Shown: positions 43,656 to 52,516 of the stretch, one piece after another | Layout: the number at the start of each line of letters is the position of its first letter | Numbering within the stretch: position 1 is the stretch's first letter | Origin: an uncultured Ignavibacteriales bacterium | GTDB lineage: Bacteria; Zixibacteria; MSB-5A5; GN15; FEB-12 | Reading direction: 5' to 3' | Assembly: GCA_964627305.1 (NCBI GenBank) | Contig: CAZVHP010000001.1 | Span: 454,171 to 518,170, forward strand | Length of the DNA: 64,000 bases | Made by a program: the position numbers and the translations under genes | The notes under the pieces: model-generated | Told to the model about the DNA's origin: nothing | The model's database searches: none | What the model saw: only the letters and a program-made list of their open reading frames with translations

Positions 43656-46358
43656 ATGAAAACCAAGCTGCTTGTTCTGCCTGTCGTTCTGATAGCCATT
43701 CTTCTTGCCGTCGCTTCTGAGGCCCTGGCCGTCTCCGAAGCCGCCGTGCTCTACCTGCGTATTGCCCCGGGTGCCCGCGCCGCTGGTATGGGGGAGGCCT
43801 TCGTTGCTATCGCCGATGATGCTACCGCTACCCACTGGAACCCGGCAGGACTCGGCGCCTATCCGCTCGCTGACGGCTGGCGACAGGCATCTGTACCAGC
43901 CCACCTGCGGCCCGTCCGCGGTATCGCCCCCCTCAAAGCAAGTGGCGGAGTGGACTACAAAGCCTTCGACGTCTGGGCCGTCACTGCCAAAGGACTCGCC
44001 CGCTACGATAACCGCTCCTGGCACCTCGGCGAGAAGTTCCGCACCAAAAGCAGCCAGACGGTCACTCAGATCGTCGCCTCCTACTTCAACCTCACCGACG
44101 AACAACGAATCGCCGAGATGGCTGCCCACGTCGCCGAGACCAACAACCTGAAATCCCGCGACTTTCTCACTGCGCTGGCTGACTCCATCTTGACCATCAT
44201 ACCCGAAGAGCACCAGTCCCGTTCCGCGATCAGCGAGCAGTTCGACAGCCTCATTGCCGCCTACAATCAGTGCCGCGTCGACTGGGGATATGTCGAGGAA
44301 ATTGAAAAGCAGCGCGACAAAGCCCTCCAGGATGGCACCGTTACCGAAATCGAGTCCGACCGCATCAGCTTCGCAGTCGAGAAAGCGCGTCGACGCACCA
44401 TCTACGAAGAACTGACAATCCCCTACGGCGTCGCCCTCGGCGGTGAAATCACCGCCATCACCTCAACCGGCGACAACCTCGTGGTCGGAACTGACCGCGG
44501 TGCCCTTGTCTTCAATGGCAAGAGCTGGACCACCATCACCGCGGAAACCGGTCTGCCCGGTGAAAGCGTAACTGCCCTGGAGACGGTCGGAAGATCTGTG
44601 CTTGTCGGCACCGACAACGGACTGGCTCTGATTGCCGGCACTTCGCTCGCAACCCTGCCGGGTTCCGCTGAGATGCCCACCGGAATGGTCGATGCCGTCG
44701 GTGCGCGCTCCATGCAGGACATTTGGGCCGTCATTGATGACCAGTTGCACCACTTCAACGGCACTGACTGGCAAACAGGCATGCCCTATACGGTCACCGT
44801 CGATGATACCATCGATCGCGTTGCCTCTCGGTTCAGCATCTACGGCACCGACCACGAGATGGCGATCATTCGTGAACTCCTCCGTGCCAGTCAGCCCCCT
44901 GCCCCTGATCCGCAGGCCGAAGATGCAGCAGCCGATCTCGATACCACAGCTTCCGACACCCCGGTCACAGACTCGCTCGCCGCCGAAAGCATCATGGCCG
45001 ACAGCGAACCCCCGGCACAGCCGGCGCCATCCGAAACAGAATTGACTGTGGAGCCGGGACAGAAGATAGTCGTCCCGTACTCTGCCGGTATCAAGGGCAG
45101 GGTTCACACCATCTACCCGCAGGACAACAACGTCCTGCTGATCGGCACCGAATTCGGTATGCTGCGCTTCACCCCCAACGGCTGGACCCTCCTCGGCTAT
45201 GTCGACTATACGGTGGCCGACGATGAATCCTTCGAAGACATCGTCAACAAACGAAACCTGACCGATGCTCAGGCCGCCGATCGCTATCGACAGGCTCTCG
45301 TAGCCGTCAATGGCCTTGCAAGCGAGGACATTACCGCTGGCCAGACCATCAAGGTGTATGCCGCTCCCCTGGCCGCTGAAACCTGGCAGATTCAGCGACG
45401 CTCCGACAAGATTCTCGCCGCCACTGCCGAAGGCGTCCTGTCATACGATGGATCCGTCTGGCAGCGAGCCGATGAAACCGGGCTGGGGCGCTCTGCCACT
45501 AACGATCTGGCCATCAACGGCGATGAATTGTGGCTGACCACTGAAGACAAACTCGTCACCAAAGCCAACGGTCGACGAGAAATCTCCTTCATGCACGTCA
45601 ACTGGCTCCCCGACCTCGCCGACGACCTCTACTACGAATTCCTCGCCTTCGTCGCCAACAAGGAAGGCTGGGGCACCTTCGGAGGCTCGATTACCTTCAT
45701 CTCCTACGGTACCTTCGAGCGGCGCGGTGAAGGCAACGAGGACCTCGGCACCTTCGAATCATTCGACCTCGCCGTTACCGGTTCCTACGGAACCCGGCTG
45801 TCAAACCGCATGGCCGGCGGCGTCTCCGTGAAATTCTTGTATTCCCGGCTCGCCGATCAGGGCACCGCCGCCGAAAAGGGCTCCGGCAACTCAGTCGGGT
45901 TCGCCGTTGACTTGGGGTTGTTGTATGAATGGACACCACGCCTCACCCTGGGACTGGCCATCACCAACCTCGGTCCCGACATGTCCTACATTGACGCCGC
46001 TCAGTCCGACCCGCTGCCACGAAACATAGCTCTTGGTTTTGCCTACAAACTTATGGAGACTGACTACTACCACTTGCTTCTCACCCTCGAGGCAAACAAG
46101 CTCATCGCCGATCTGAGCCAGAGTGTCGGCAATGAACTCGAATCGGTGGTGCTCAACGGCGGTGGCGAGTTCCAATACGCCGACCTGATCGCCTTCCGTG
46201 CCGGATACATCTATGACCAGGCCGGTGATGTCAAAACGCTTACACTCGGCGCCGGGCTGGCGTACAGCATCTTCCGCTTTGACTTCAGCTATATCCCCAG
46301 CAGCGAAAGCACCGCGCTGGCCAATACACTCAGGGTCTCGCTCGCCGTGACACCATAA
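43656..46358 (+). CDS. PorV/PorQ-family outer-membrane beta-barrel protein with ~570-aa insertion (Reg_prop-like blades, LysM-like segments)
   Basis: ATG 43656 (GGAG 6 nt upstream). The N-terminal signature LRIAPGARAAGMGEAFVAIADDATATHWNPAGL is followed only at residue ~649 by the rest of a PorV-like barrel (FGGSITFISYG...GFAVDLGLLYEW...LGLAITNLGP...ALANTLRVSLAVTP). Confidence 0.7.
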   Translation: MKTKLLVLPVVLIAILLAVASEALAVSEAAVLYLRIAPGARAAGMGEAFVAIADDATATHWNPAGLGAYPLADGWRQASVPAHLRPVRGIAPLKASGGVDYKAFDVWAVTAKGLARYDNRSWHLGEKFRTKSSQTVTQIVASYFNLTDEQRIAEMAAHVAETNNLKSRDFLTALADSILTIIPEEHQSRSAISEQFDSLIAAYNQCRVDWGYVEEIEKQRDKALQDGTVTEIESDRISFAVEKARRRTIYEELTIPYGVALGGEITAITSTGDNLVVGTDRGALVFNGKSWTTITAETGLPGESVTALETVGRSVLVGTDNGLALIAGTSLATLPGSAEMPTGMVDAVGARSMQDIWAVIDDQLHHFNGTDWQTGMPYTVTVDDTIDRVASRFSIYGTDHEMAIIRELLRASQPPAPDPQAEDAAADLDTTASDTPVTDSLAAESIMADSEPPAQPAPSETELTVEPGQKIVVPYSAGIKGRVHTIYPQDNNVLLIGTEFGMLRFTPNGWTLLGYVDYTVADDESFEDIVNKRNLTDAQAADRYRQALVAVNGLASEDITAGQTIKVYAAPLAAETWQIQRRSDKILAATAEGVLSYDGSVWQRADETGLGRSATNDLAINGDELWLTTEDKLVTKANGRREISFMHVNWLPDLADDLYYEFLAFVANKEGWGTFGGSITFISYGTFERRGEGNEDLGTFESFDLAVTGSYGTRLSNRMAGGVSVKFLYSRLADQGTAAEKGSGNSVGFAVDLGLLYEWTPRLTLGLAITNLGPDMSYIDAAQSDPLPRNIALGFAYKLMETDYYHLLLTLEANKLIADLSQSVGNELESVVLNGGGEFQYADLIAFRAGYIYDQAGDVKTLTLGAGLAYSIFRFDFSYIPSSESTALANTLRVSLAVTP

Positions 46359-46389
46359 CGGCCCTGATCCATAACCGAGGGAGTTTTCA

Positions 46390-49300
46390 TTGGACCGAAA
46401 ACATCCGATTTCCGCCCGCATAATCTTCTGCCTCCTGCTGGTCGCCCTCGCGGCGACCGGCAGCGCAGCAGACAAACCCCTCTCGCCAGTGAAGAACTAC
46501 CAGCGTGAGGAAGCCGAGACGCCCCGGCGCGACTTGCCATCCTTCGCCCGAGGCATGAAACCGGGGGAGGGGATTCTCCCGCTGCAACGCTCTCACCCCT
46601 GGGCGCTGCCGGACAAAGCTCTGGCTGCCGACTGGAATACCACCATCCACGTCCTTGTCCTGCGCTTCAACTTCCAATACGAAGATGTCGACGACCCCAA
46701 CACCACCGGCCGCGGCCACATGGACTTCTCTCGACCCATTGTCGATGCCGCCTCCGAACAGGCCTATCTGGACTCGGTCGGCTATATCGTCGATCCCCCA
46801 CCGCACGACAGCACCTACTTCGCCAAACACATGGAAGCCTTGCATAACTACTGGTATGCTGTCAGCGACGGCCGCATCTCCATCACGTGGGATATCTGGC
46901 CCCGGGGCGATACCGCCACCTACCAGCTCCCGGAGCACATGAACCATTACGGTTTCTGCGTCGACCGCATCTCCGAACCGCGCCTGCTTGACTCCGTCGT
47001 CGCCGGACTGGAACGCTACTTCGTCGACTGCATCCGCCTGGCTGATACCACTGACCCCGAAATCAATTTCGCCGACTACGGGTCCATCTTCCTGTTTCAC
47101 GCCGGCGCCGATGCCCAGAACGACGTCTTCCGCAACACCTGCTCCGATCTGTTCAGCGGCTACATTCGCTTCTTCACCTTCGTTCCGGTCGACAACGACT
47201 CCAACGCTGTCCAGCGCGCTCTGATCCTCCCCGAGTTCGTCTCCCAGGACAACCGCGCCGTTGCCCTCAACAGCCTCATCGCACACGAATTCTGCCACGA
47301 GCTTGGCGGCGTTGACCTTTACAACACCTCCAACTTCTACACCCTCCTCGGTGACTTCGCCCTCATGGATCACAACGGCCAGAATACCGGCCTGATGTTC
47401 CCCGGCTACCGTTCCAACGTCTTCGGAGCCATGCCCGTCTACCCTTCCGCATGGACCCGCGCCTACCTCGGCCTCTCCGACGTGTTGCAGGTGCGCTCAT
47501 CCGATGACGTCCGCCTCATTGCCGCCGGCGTCGATGCCCGGGGACGCCCCGAAGTTGTCAGGGTGCCCATCAGCGAGTACCAGTACTTCCTCATCGAATA
47601 CCGCACCGTCGATGTCGACGGCAAACAAACCTTCATGCTCGCCGATTCCCAGACCAATGTCTTCCGCGGACCGGGGCGACAACTCCCCGATGGATCCACC
47701 GAACTGACCACCGAGTACGACTTCATGCTCCCCGCCGAAGAAGGTGGGGTGCTCATCTATCTGGTCGATGAAGTGGTCGCGGCTCAGGATACCCTCGGCA
47801 ACGGCTTCAACAACTTCTTCAATAACGCCTTGCAATGGAACCCCCAACGGCAGTTCGTCAAGCTGATCGAGGCCGACGGTGTCCGCAACCTCAACGGGCT
47901 GTGTCCCGCCGGCTGCGGCTTCACCTACCAATGGTACGGCTGGGAACAGGACATGTACCGCGAAGACCGCAACAACAGTCTGACACCATCCACCAACCCA
48001 CCCGCAATCGACAACCTTGGCAACAACACCCATATCTACATCGAGAACATCCGCCGCGATACCGTCACCATCAGCGGCTACCCGGTTCCCATTGACACGG
48101 TTGTCCGCTTCTCCGTGACCACCGAGAAGCAGGTCCCCGGCTTCCCGGTCCGCATCGGTCGGCCCACCGTGGCCGGACTCAGCCCCATTGCCGCCGACCT
48201 TGACCTCGATGGTACCCCTGAACTGATCGCCGCCTCCGCCAACCGCCTCATCGTCACCGGGGCCGACGGCAGTAACTGGCTGCGCGACTACACCGATTGC
48301 GCCACCTGCCCCACATGGTACGACACCGTCGGCCTCATCTACGACCCCGATACCACCCGCTCACTCGGCGGCCGCGTCGATGTGCATCCGCTCAATCTCT
48401 ACGCGAAAACCCCCGCCGACATAACTGCCGGACCCGTCGCCGGACGCTTCACCGATGGCACCCAGACCAGAAACATCGCCGTCGGTTACCCCGCCTCCGG
48501 TGGCACCGGCTGGGTCCTCACCTACCAGCCGCGCGATAACGACCGCGATGGTCAGGCGGATTTTTACCTCACACCCATGCGTACCACCGGTACCCCGATC
48601 GCCCTGAGCTGGGGCGGCAGCCTTGCCTGCCTGACCGACTCCGGCATCGCCTACAACCGCCGCACTCTTGCCGATGCCACCTGGTACGAAACCGATCTGC
48701 TCACCACCCACAACTGGGGTATGGCAACCATCGGAGACGACATCTTCATCCTTGCCGGCGACGAGTTCACCTCAAGCATCTTCGCCATCACTTCAGATAA
48801 CGTTGCTGAGCATCCCCTCGATGACCTCTACGAACTCGGCCCCGTGATCACCGACATCAACCGCGACAACCTCCCCGAGATCATCGTGGCGTCAACCGAT
48901 GGCCGTATCGCCATGATCACCGCCGAAGGAAATGCCGGCAGCTACTCGCTCAGTCTGTTCGCGCAGGCCGACCTGGGCGAAACCTTCACCACCAACCCCA
49001 TTGTCGCTGACATCGATCGCGACAACCGCCCGGACATCGTCATCGGCGGCATCAACAGGCTCTATGCCTTCAACGAACGCCTCATCAGCCTGAGCGACTT
49101 CCCCATCAGAGTCTCGGATCGCTTCGCAAACACGCCGGCTGCCGCCGCCCCTATCGCTGCCGACATCCGCCGATCAACCTCCACCGACCACCTTGAGACG
49201 ATCTTCCCGTCTGCACAGGGAAGCATCTATGCCTTCGACCCCGATCCCGTCTTCGGCTTCCCGCTTCCCATCGGCCTCGCCGGCTATGGCTCCCCCGTGT

Positions 49301-49770
49301 ACTGGGATGTCGAAGGCACCTCCGGCCGCGAGGGACGACTCAGCTTCGCAGGCATCGATGGCTGGCTCTACACCTGGACCGCTGACCTCGACCTGTCCGC
49401 CGCCGCATGGCCAATGGCCGGCCACAACGCCGCCGCCACCGCCTCCTTTCCGGCAGACTCACTCGACCAGCCAACCGCCCTGGCCGGACGCCTCCCCGCA
49501 CGCCAGATGTACAACTATCCCAACCCGGTCACCGGCGGCGCCACCACCATCCGCTACCTGCTCGGTCAGGATGCCCGCTCAGTTGAGATTGCTATCTTCG
49601 ACCTCTCCGGAACCGAAATCCGTCGCCTCTCCGGACCGACCGCCGCCGGTACCAATGAACTGAACTGGTCCTCATCCGGCGTTACACCCGGCGTCTACCG
49701 GTGCATCATTCAGGCTGACTTCGACGGCGACACCGAACATGGACACTTTGACATCGCCGTGATACGATAA
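46390..49770 (+). CDS. secreted M6 (immune inhibitor A)-like zinc metalloprotease with FG-GAP/VCBS-like repeats and T9SS CTD
   Basis: TTG start 8 nt after GAGGGAG. It has a signal peptide, a zinc motif AHEFCHELGGVDLY (47284-47298 encodes HEFCH), FG-GAP-like DINRDNLPEIIVAS / DIDRDNRPDIVIGG, and the C-terminal CTD YNYPNPVTGGATTIRY...GVYRCIIQA. Confidence 0.7.
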   Translation: MDRKHPISARIIFCLLLVALAATGSAADKPLSPVKNYQREEAETPRRDLPSFARGMKPGEGILPLQRSHPWALPDKALAADWNTTIHVLVLRFNFQYEDVDDPNTTGRGHMDFSRPIVDAASEQAYLDSVGYIVDPPPHDSTYFAKHMEALHNYWYAVSDGRISITWDIWPRGDTATYQLPEHMNHYGFCVDRISEPRLLDSVVAGLERYFVDCIRLADTTDPEINFADYGSIFLFHAGADAQNDVFRNTCSDLFSGYIRFFTFVPVDNDSNAVQRALILPEFVSQDNRAVALNSLIAHEFCHELGGVDLYNTSNFYTLLGDFALMDHNGQNTGLMFPGYRSNVFGAMPVYPSAWTRAYLGLSDVLQVRSSDDVRLIAAGVDARGRPEVVRVPISEYQYFLIEYRTVDVDGKQTFMLADSQTNVFRGPGRQLPDGSTELTTEYDFMLPAEEGGVLIYLVDEVVAAQDTLGNGFNNFFNNALQWNPQRQFVKLIEADGVRNLNGLCPAGCGFTYQWYGWEQDMYREDRNNSLTPSTNPPAIDNLGNNTHIYIENIRRDTVTISGYPVPIDTVVRFSVTTEKQVPGFPVRIGRPTVAGLSPIAADLDLDGTPELIAASANRLIVTGADGSNWLRDYTDCATCPTWYDTVGLIYDPDTTRSLGGRVDVHPLNLYAKTPADITAGPVAGRFTDGTQTRNIAVGYPASGGTGWVLTYQPRDNDRDGQADFYLTPMRTTGTPIALSWGGSLACLTDSGIAYNRRTLADATWYETDLLTTHNWGMATIGDDIFILAGDEFTSSIFAITSDNVAEHPLDDLYELGPVITDINRDNLPEIIVASTDGRIAMITAEGNAGSYSLSLFAQADLGETFTTNPIVADIDRDNRPDIVIGGINRLYAFNERLISLSDFPIRVSDRFANTPAAAAPIAADIRRSTSTDHLETIFPSAQGSIYAFDPDPVFGFPLPIGLAGYGSPVYWDVEGTSGREGRLSFAGIDGWLYTWTADLDLSAAAWPMAGHNAAATASFPADSLDQPTALAGRLPARQMYNYPNPVTGGATTIRYLLGQDARSVEIAIFDLSGTEIRRLSGPTAAGTNELNWSSSGVTPGVYRCIIQADFDGDTEHGHFDIAVIR

Positions 49771-49787
49771 CCGAAAGGATCACTCTG

Positions 49788-50723
49788 GTGAAAACGCTGC
49801 CCCTACTGTGCCTCTGCCTGCTCGTCGTCCCCATAGCGACTGCCGCCGATTCCCAGTCACCCCACCTGGCCGCCGAACTGCAAAATCTGCGCTACTCATT
49901 CGCTCACGCGTCAATCCTGCAAAACGGCAGCGACCATCACCTCACTTTCGCCCTGACAAACACCGACAACGACACCGACAGCGACAAGGGCAGCGACACC
50001 GTACCCTTCATCGATGATATCTCCACTCGCAGCCACAAGTCACCCGTCAAGGCCTTCCTGCTCTCGCTCGCCGTCCCCGGACTGGGCCAGTACTACTATG
50101 GCAGCCGCACCAAGCCCTTCGCCTTCCTCGGTGTCGAGGCCGTCTCGTGGTTCCTGCACGCATCATGGCACGCCGATGGCAACGATCTGACCAATGACTA
50201 CGAGAGCTTTAACCAAATCCATTGGTCAGAAGTCCGCTACCGCACGTCTCTGGAGTGGATATACGAAGCCGTCTACGAGCCCGATATCCCTGCTGTCGAA
50301 ATCAACCACACCCTGCCGGACACCAGAACCCAGCAGTACTACGAGATGACCGGCAAATACAGCCAGTTCGCCTGGGGATGGGATGATGCCCGTCTGAATG
50401 ATTCCGCCCTCACTGACTACTCAGCCGCCAACCCGCCCCCGCGAATCCGCGGCGACGGCGTCCCGTACACTCGCAACCGGCTCATCTATGAGGATATGCG
50501 CCATGATGCCAATAACAAGTACGACGATGCCCGCAAGATGATCTATGTCGCTATGGCCAACCATTTGATTACCGCTTTCGAGGCGTTCTTCGTTACCCGG
50601 CATCTTAACAACCAGAAAGCCAGGGTTCAAAGCGACTTCGCCGGTATCGAACTACGCGCCCGCTTCCGGTCGCTGTACAGATCTATGGATACGCCATACC
50701 TGGCGTTTACCTATAAGTTTTGA
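49788..50723 (+). CDS. DUF5683-like protein (paralog 1)
   Basis: GTG start 8 nt after GAAAGGA, with a signal peptide. SLAVPGLGQYYYGSRTKPFAFLGVEAVSW resembles the DUF5683 motif (PGLGQ.Y) as I recall it. Confidence 0.45.
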   Translation: MKTLPLLCLCLLVVPIATAADSQSPHLAAELQNLRYSFAHASILQNGSDHHLTFALTNTDNDTDSDKGSDTVPFIDDISTRSHKSPVKAFLLSLAVPGLGQYYYGSRTKPFAFLGVEAVSWFLHASWHADGNDLTNDYESFNQIHWSEVRYRTSLEWIYEAVYEPDIPAVEINHTLPDTRTQQYYEMTGKYSQFAWGWDDARLNDSALTDYSAANPPPRIRGDGVPYTRNRLIYEDMRHDANNKYDDARKMIYVAMANHLITAFEAFFVTRHLNNQKARVQSDFAGIELRARFRSLYRSMDTPYLAFTYKF

Positions 50724-50734
50724 CAGGATATCCC

Positions 50735-51538
50735 ATGCCGAAACACTTGCCGACCCTTACCTGCGCTGTTGCCCTCATCATTGCGCTGACGACTGCCACC
50801 TGCCACGAGTCTGCCCGCGCCCTGGACTTGCCTCCGTCACCGCTCCAGAGCTGCATGGACAGGAGCCTCACCACACCCATACTGGCCGACCGCGATGAAT
50901 GGTCCTTCGATGATCCCCAACCCGCTGTCCGCTTCAAGCCCGACGGCGACAACGCAGGGGAGAAGTCCCTCGCCAAAACCATCCTGCTCTCCACCCTCCT
51001 GCCCGGCGCCGGTGAGTACTACCTCGGTCACCGCACCAAAGCGCAATACTTCTTCGCCGCCGAGGCCGTCACGTGGATAAGCTTCGCCTCCTTCCGCACC
51101 TACGGCAACTGGAAGCGCGACGATATGGTCAAGTACGCCCGCGACTACGCCAACGCCAACCTCGATGACAAGGGCGATGAGTTCGAGGATTGGGTCGGGT
51201 TCTATGAAAGCATCGATCAGTTCAACGAGCTTGGCCGCGCCACCGATGACCGACCCTATCTGCCCGGAACCGACCAGTACTACTGGCGATGGGAGAGCGC
51301 CCAACAACGAGCCGTCTACCGCGATATCAAGAACTCCTACCGCGGTTCCCATCGACGCGCGAGCTTCATGATCGGTGTCGCCATCGCCAACCGTATTATC
51401 TCCGTCATCGACTCCTACCGCAGCTTCCGACACATCAGCTCCACCATCGGCGGCGATGACGGCTGGTCATACGAACTGAGAATCGACCCGCTCTCCAGCG
51501 GCGACAAGATCCACCTGACTGTCTATCCCGGGTTCTGA
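50735..51538 (+). CDS. DUF5683-like protein (paralog 2)
   Basis: ATG 50735. STLLPGAGEYYLGHRTKAQYFFAAEAVTW parallels paralog 1, with a similar downstream pattern (W..Y...Y, ...IANR.ISVIDS vs MANHLITAFEA). Confidence 0.45.
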   Translation: MPKHLPTLTCAVALIIALTTATCHESARALDLPPSPLQSCMDRSLTTPILADRDEWSFDDPQPAVRFKPDGDNAGEKSLAKTILLSTLLPGAGEYYLGHRTKAQYFFAAEAVTWISFASFRTYGNWKRDDMVKYARDYANANLDDKGDEFEDWVGFYESIDQFNELGRATDDRPYLPGTDQYYWRWESAQQRAVYRDIKNSYRGSHRRASFMIGVAIANRIISVIDSYRSFRHISSTIGGDDGWSYELRIDPLSSGDKIHLTVYPGF

Positions 51539-51544
51539 TCAGAC

Positions 51545-52510
51545 ATGGGTGCGCGCTCTTCCAGTTGCTGGGCTCTCGCCATTCTCTTATCCGTTCTCCT
51601 GGCCGGTTGCGGCGGCGCCCCCGGACCCGGGGCCGAACAGGCCACAACACCGTTGCCGGCAGCCATCATCGTGGAACGCATCATCGAGGGCGAGATACTC
51701 AGCACCCGCCTCTCCAAACCATGGGGCCTCGCCGCTGCCGATGATGGCCGCCTCTATGCCACCGATCTCGGCAACAACCGCCTCATCGTCTTCGACAAGA
51801 GCCTCAACGCTGTCCGCGATGTCGGCGGCTTCGGATCTGCCGAAGGCTTCTTCAATCGACCCACCTTCGTCGCCACCGACCGGAACCTGAACATCCTCGT
51901 CACCGATGAAGGCAACCGCCGCCTGTGTCGCTTCAACTCCCAGTTGCTGTTTGTCGAGGCGGTCGCCTTCTATGATGAAGATGATCCGCTCAAATTCGGC
52001 TTCCCCTCAGGAATCGCCGTGACCGCCTTTGGCGAGATGTGGGTAGGCGACCGCGAAAACGACCGCATCGCCGTATTCAGTAACGTCGGTCGCTTCAACC
52101 GCTTCATCGGCAACTTCGGCTACTCCGGCGGACAGGTCGTCAGCCCCGAGGCCATCCGCATCATGCCGCATAACCGGTTCCTTGTCTGCGATGCCGGCAA
52201 CGGACGCCTCGCCCTCTATGACGAGTACGGCAACTTCGAACGCGAACTCATCGACGATCTGCTCGAATACCCCATTGCCGCCACCCCTGACGGCAACCGC
52301 TGGTGGGTCCTCGATGGCGCCACCGGACGCATTGTCCTCATCACGCAGAAAGGAGAGGTGCTCTACGAAGTCGCCGGACAATTGATGGGAACTCCGCGCC
52401 CACTGCGTCGCCCCAGCGACATCGCCGTCCTCCCCAACGACCGCCTCGCTATCGCCGACACCGGCAACGATCGCATTGTCATCTGCAAGATCATCCGCGA
52501 ACAGGAGTAG
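51545..52510 (+). CDS. NHL-repeat beta-propeller lipoprotein
   Basis: 321 aa with lipobox LLAGCGG. It has six NHL-like repeats (LSKPWGLAAADDGRLYATDLGNNRLIVF; FNRPTFVATDRNLNILVTDEGNRRLCRF; and others). Confidence 0.75.
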   Translation: MGARSSSCWALAILLSVLLAGCGGAPGPGAEQATTPLPAAIIVERIIEGEILSTRLSKPWGLAAADDGRLYATDLGNNRLIVFDKSLNAVRDVGGFGSAEGFFNRPTFVATDRNLNILVTDEGNRRLCRFNSQLLFVEAVAFYDEDDPLKFGFPSGIAVTAFGEMWVGDRENDRIAVFSNVGRFNRFIGNFGYSGGQVVSPEAIRIMPHNRFLVCDAGNGRLALYDEYGNFERELIDDLLEYPIAATPDGNRWWVLDGATGRIVLITQKGEVLYEVAGQLMGTPRPLRRPSDIAVLPNDRLAIADTGNDRIVICKIIREQE

Positions 52511-52516
52511 CCCCCG

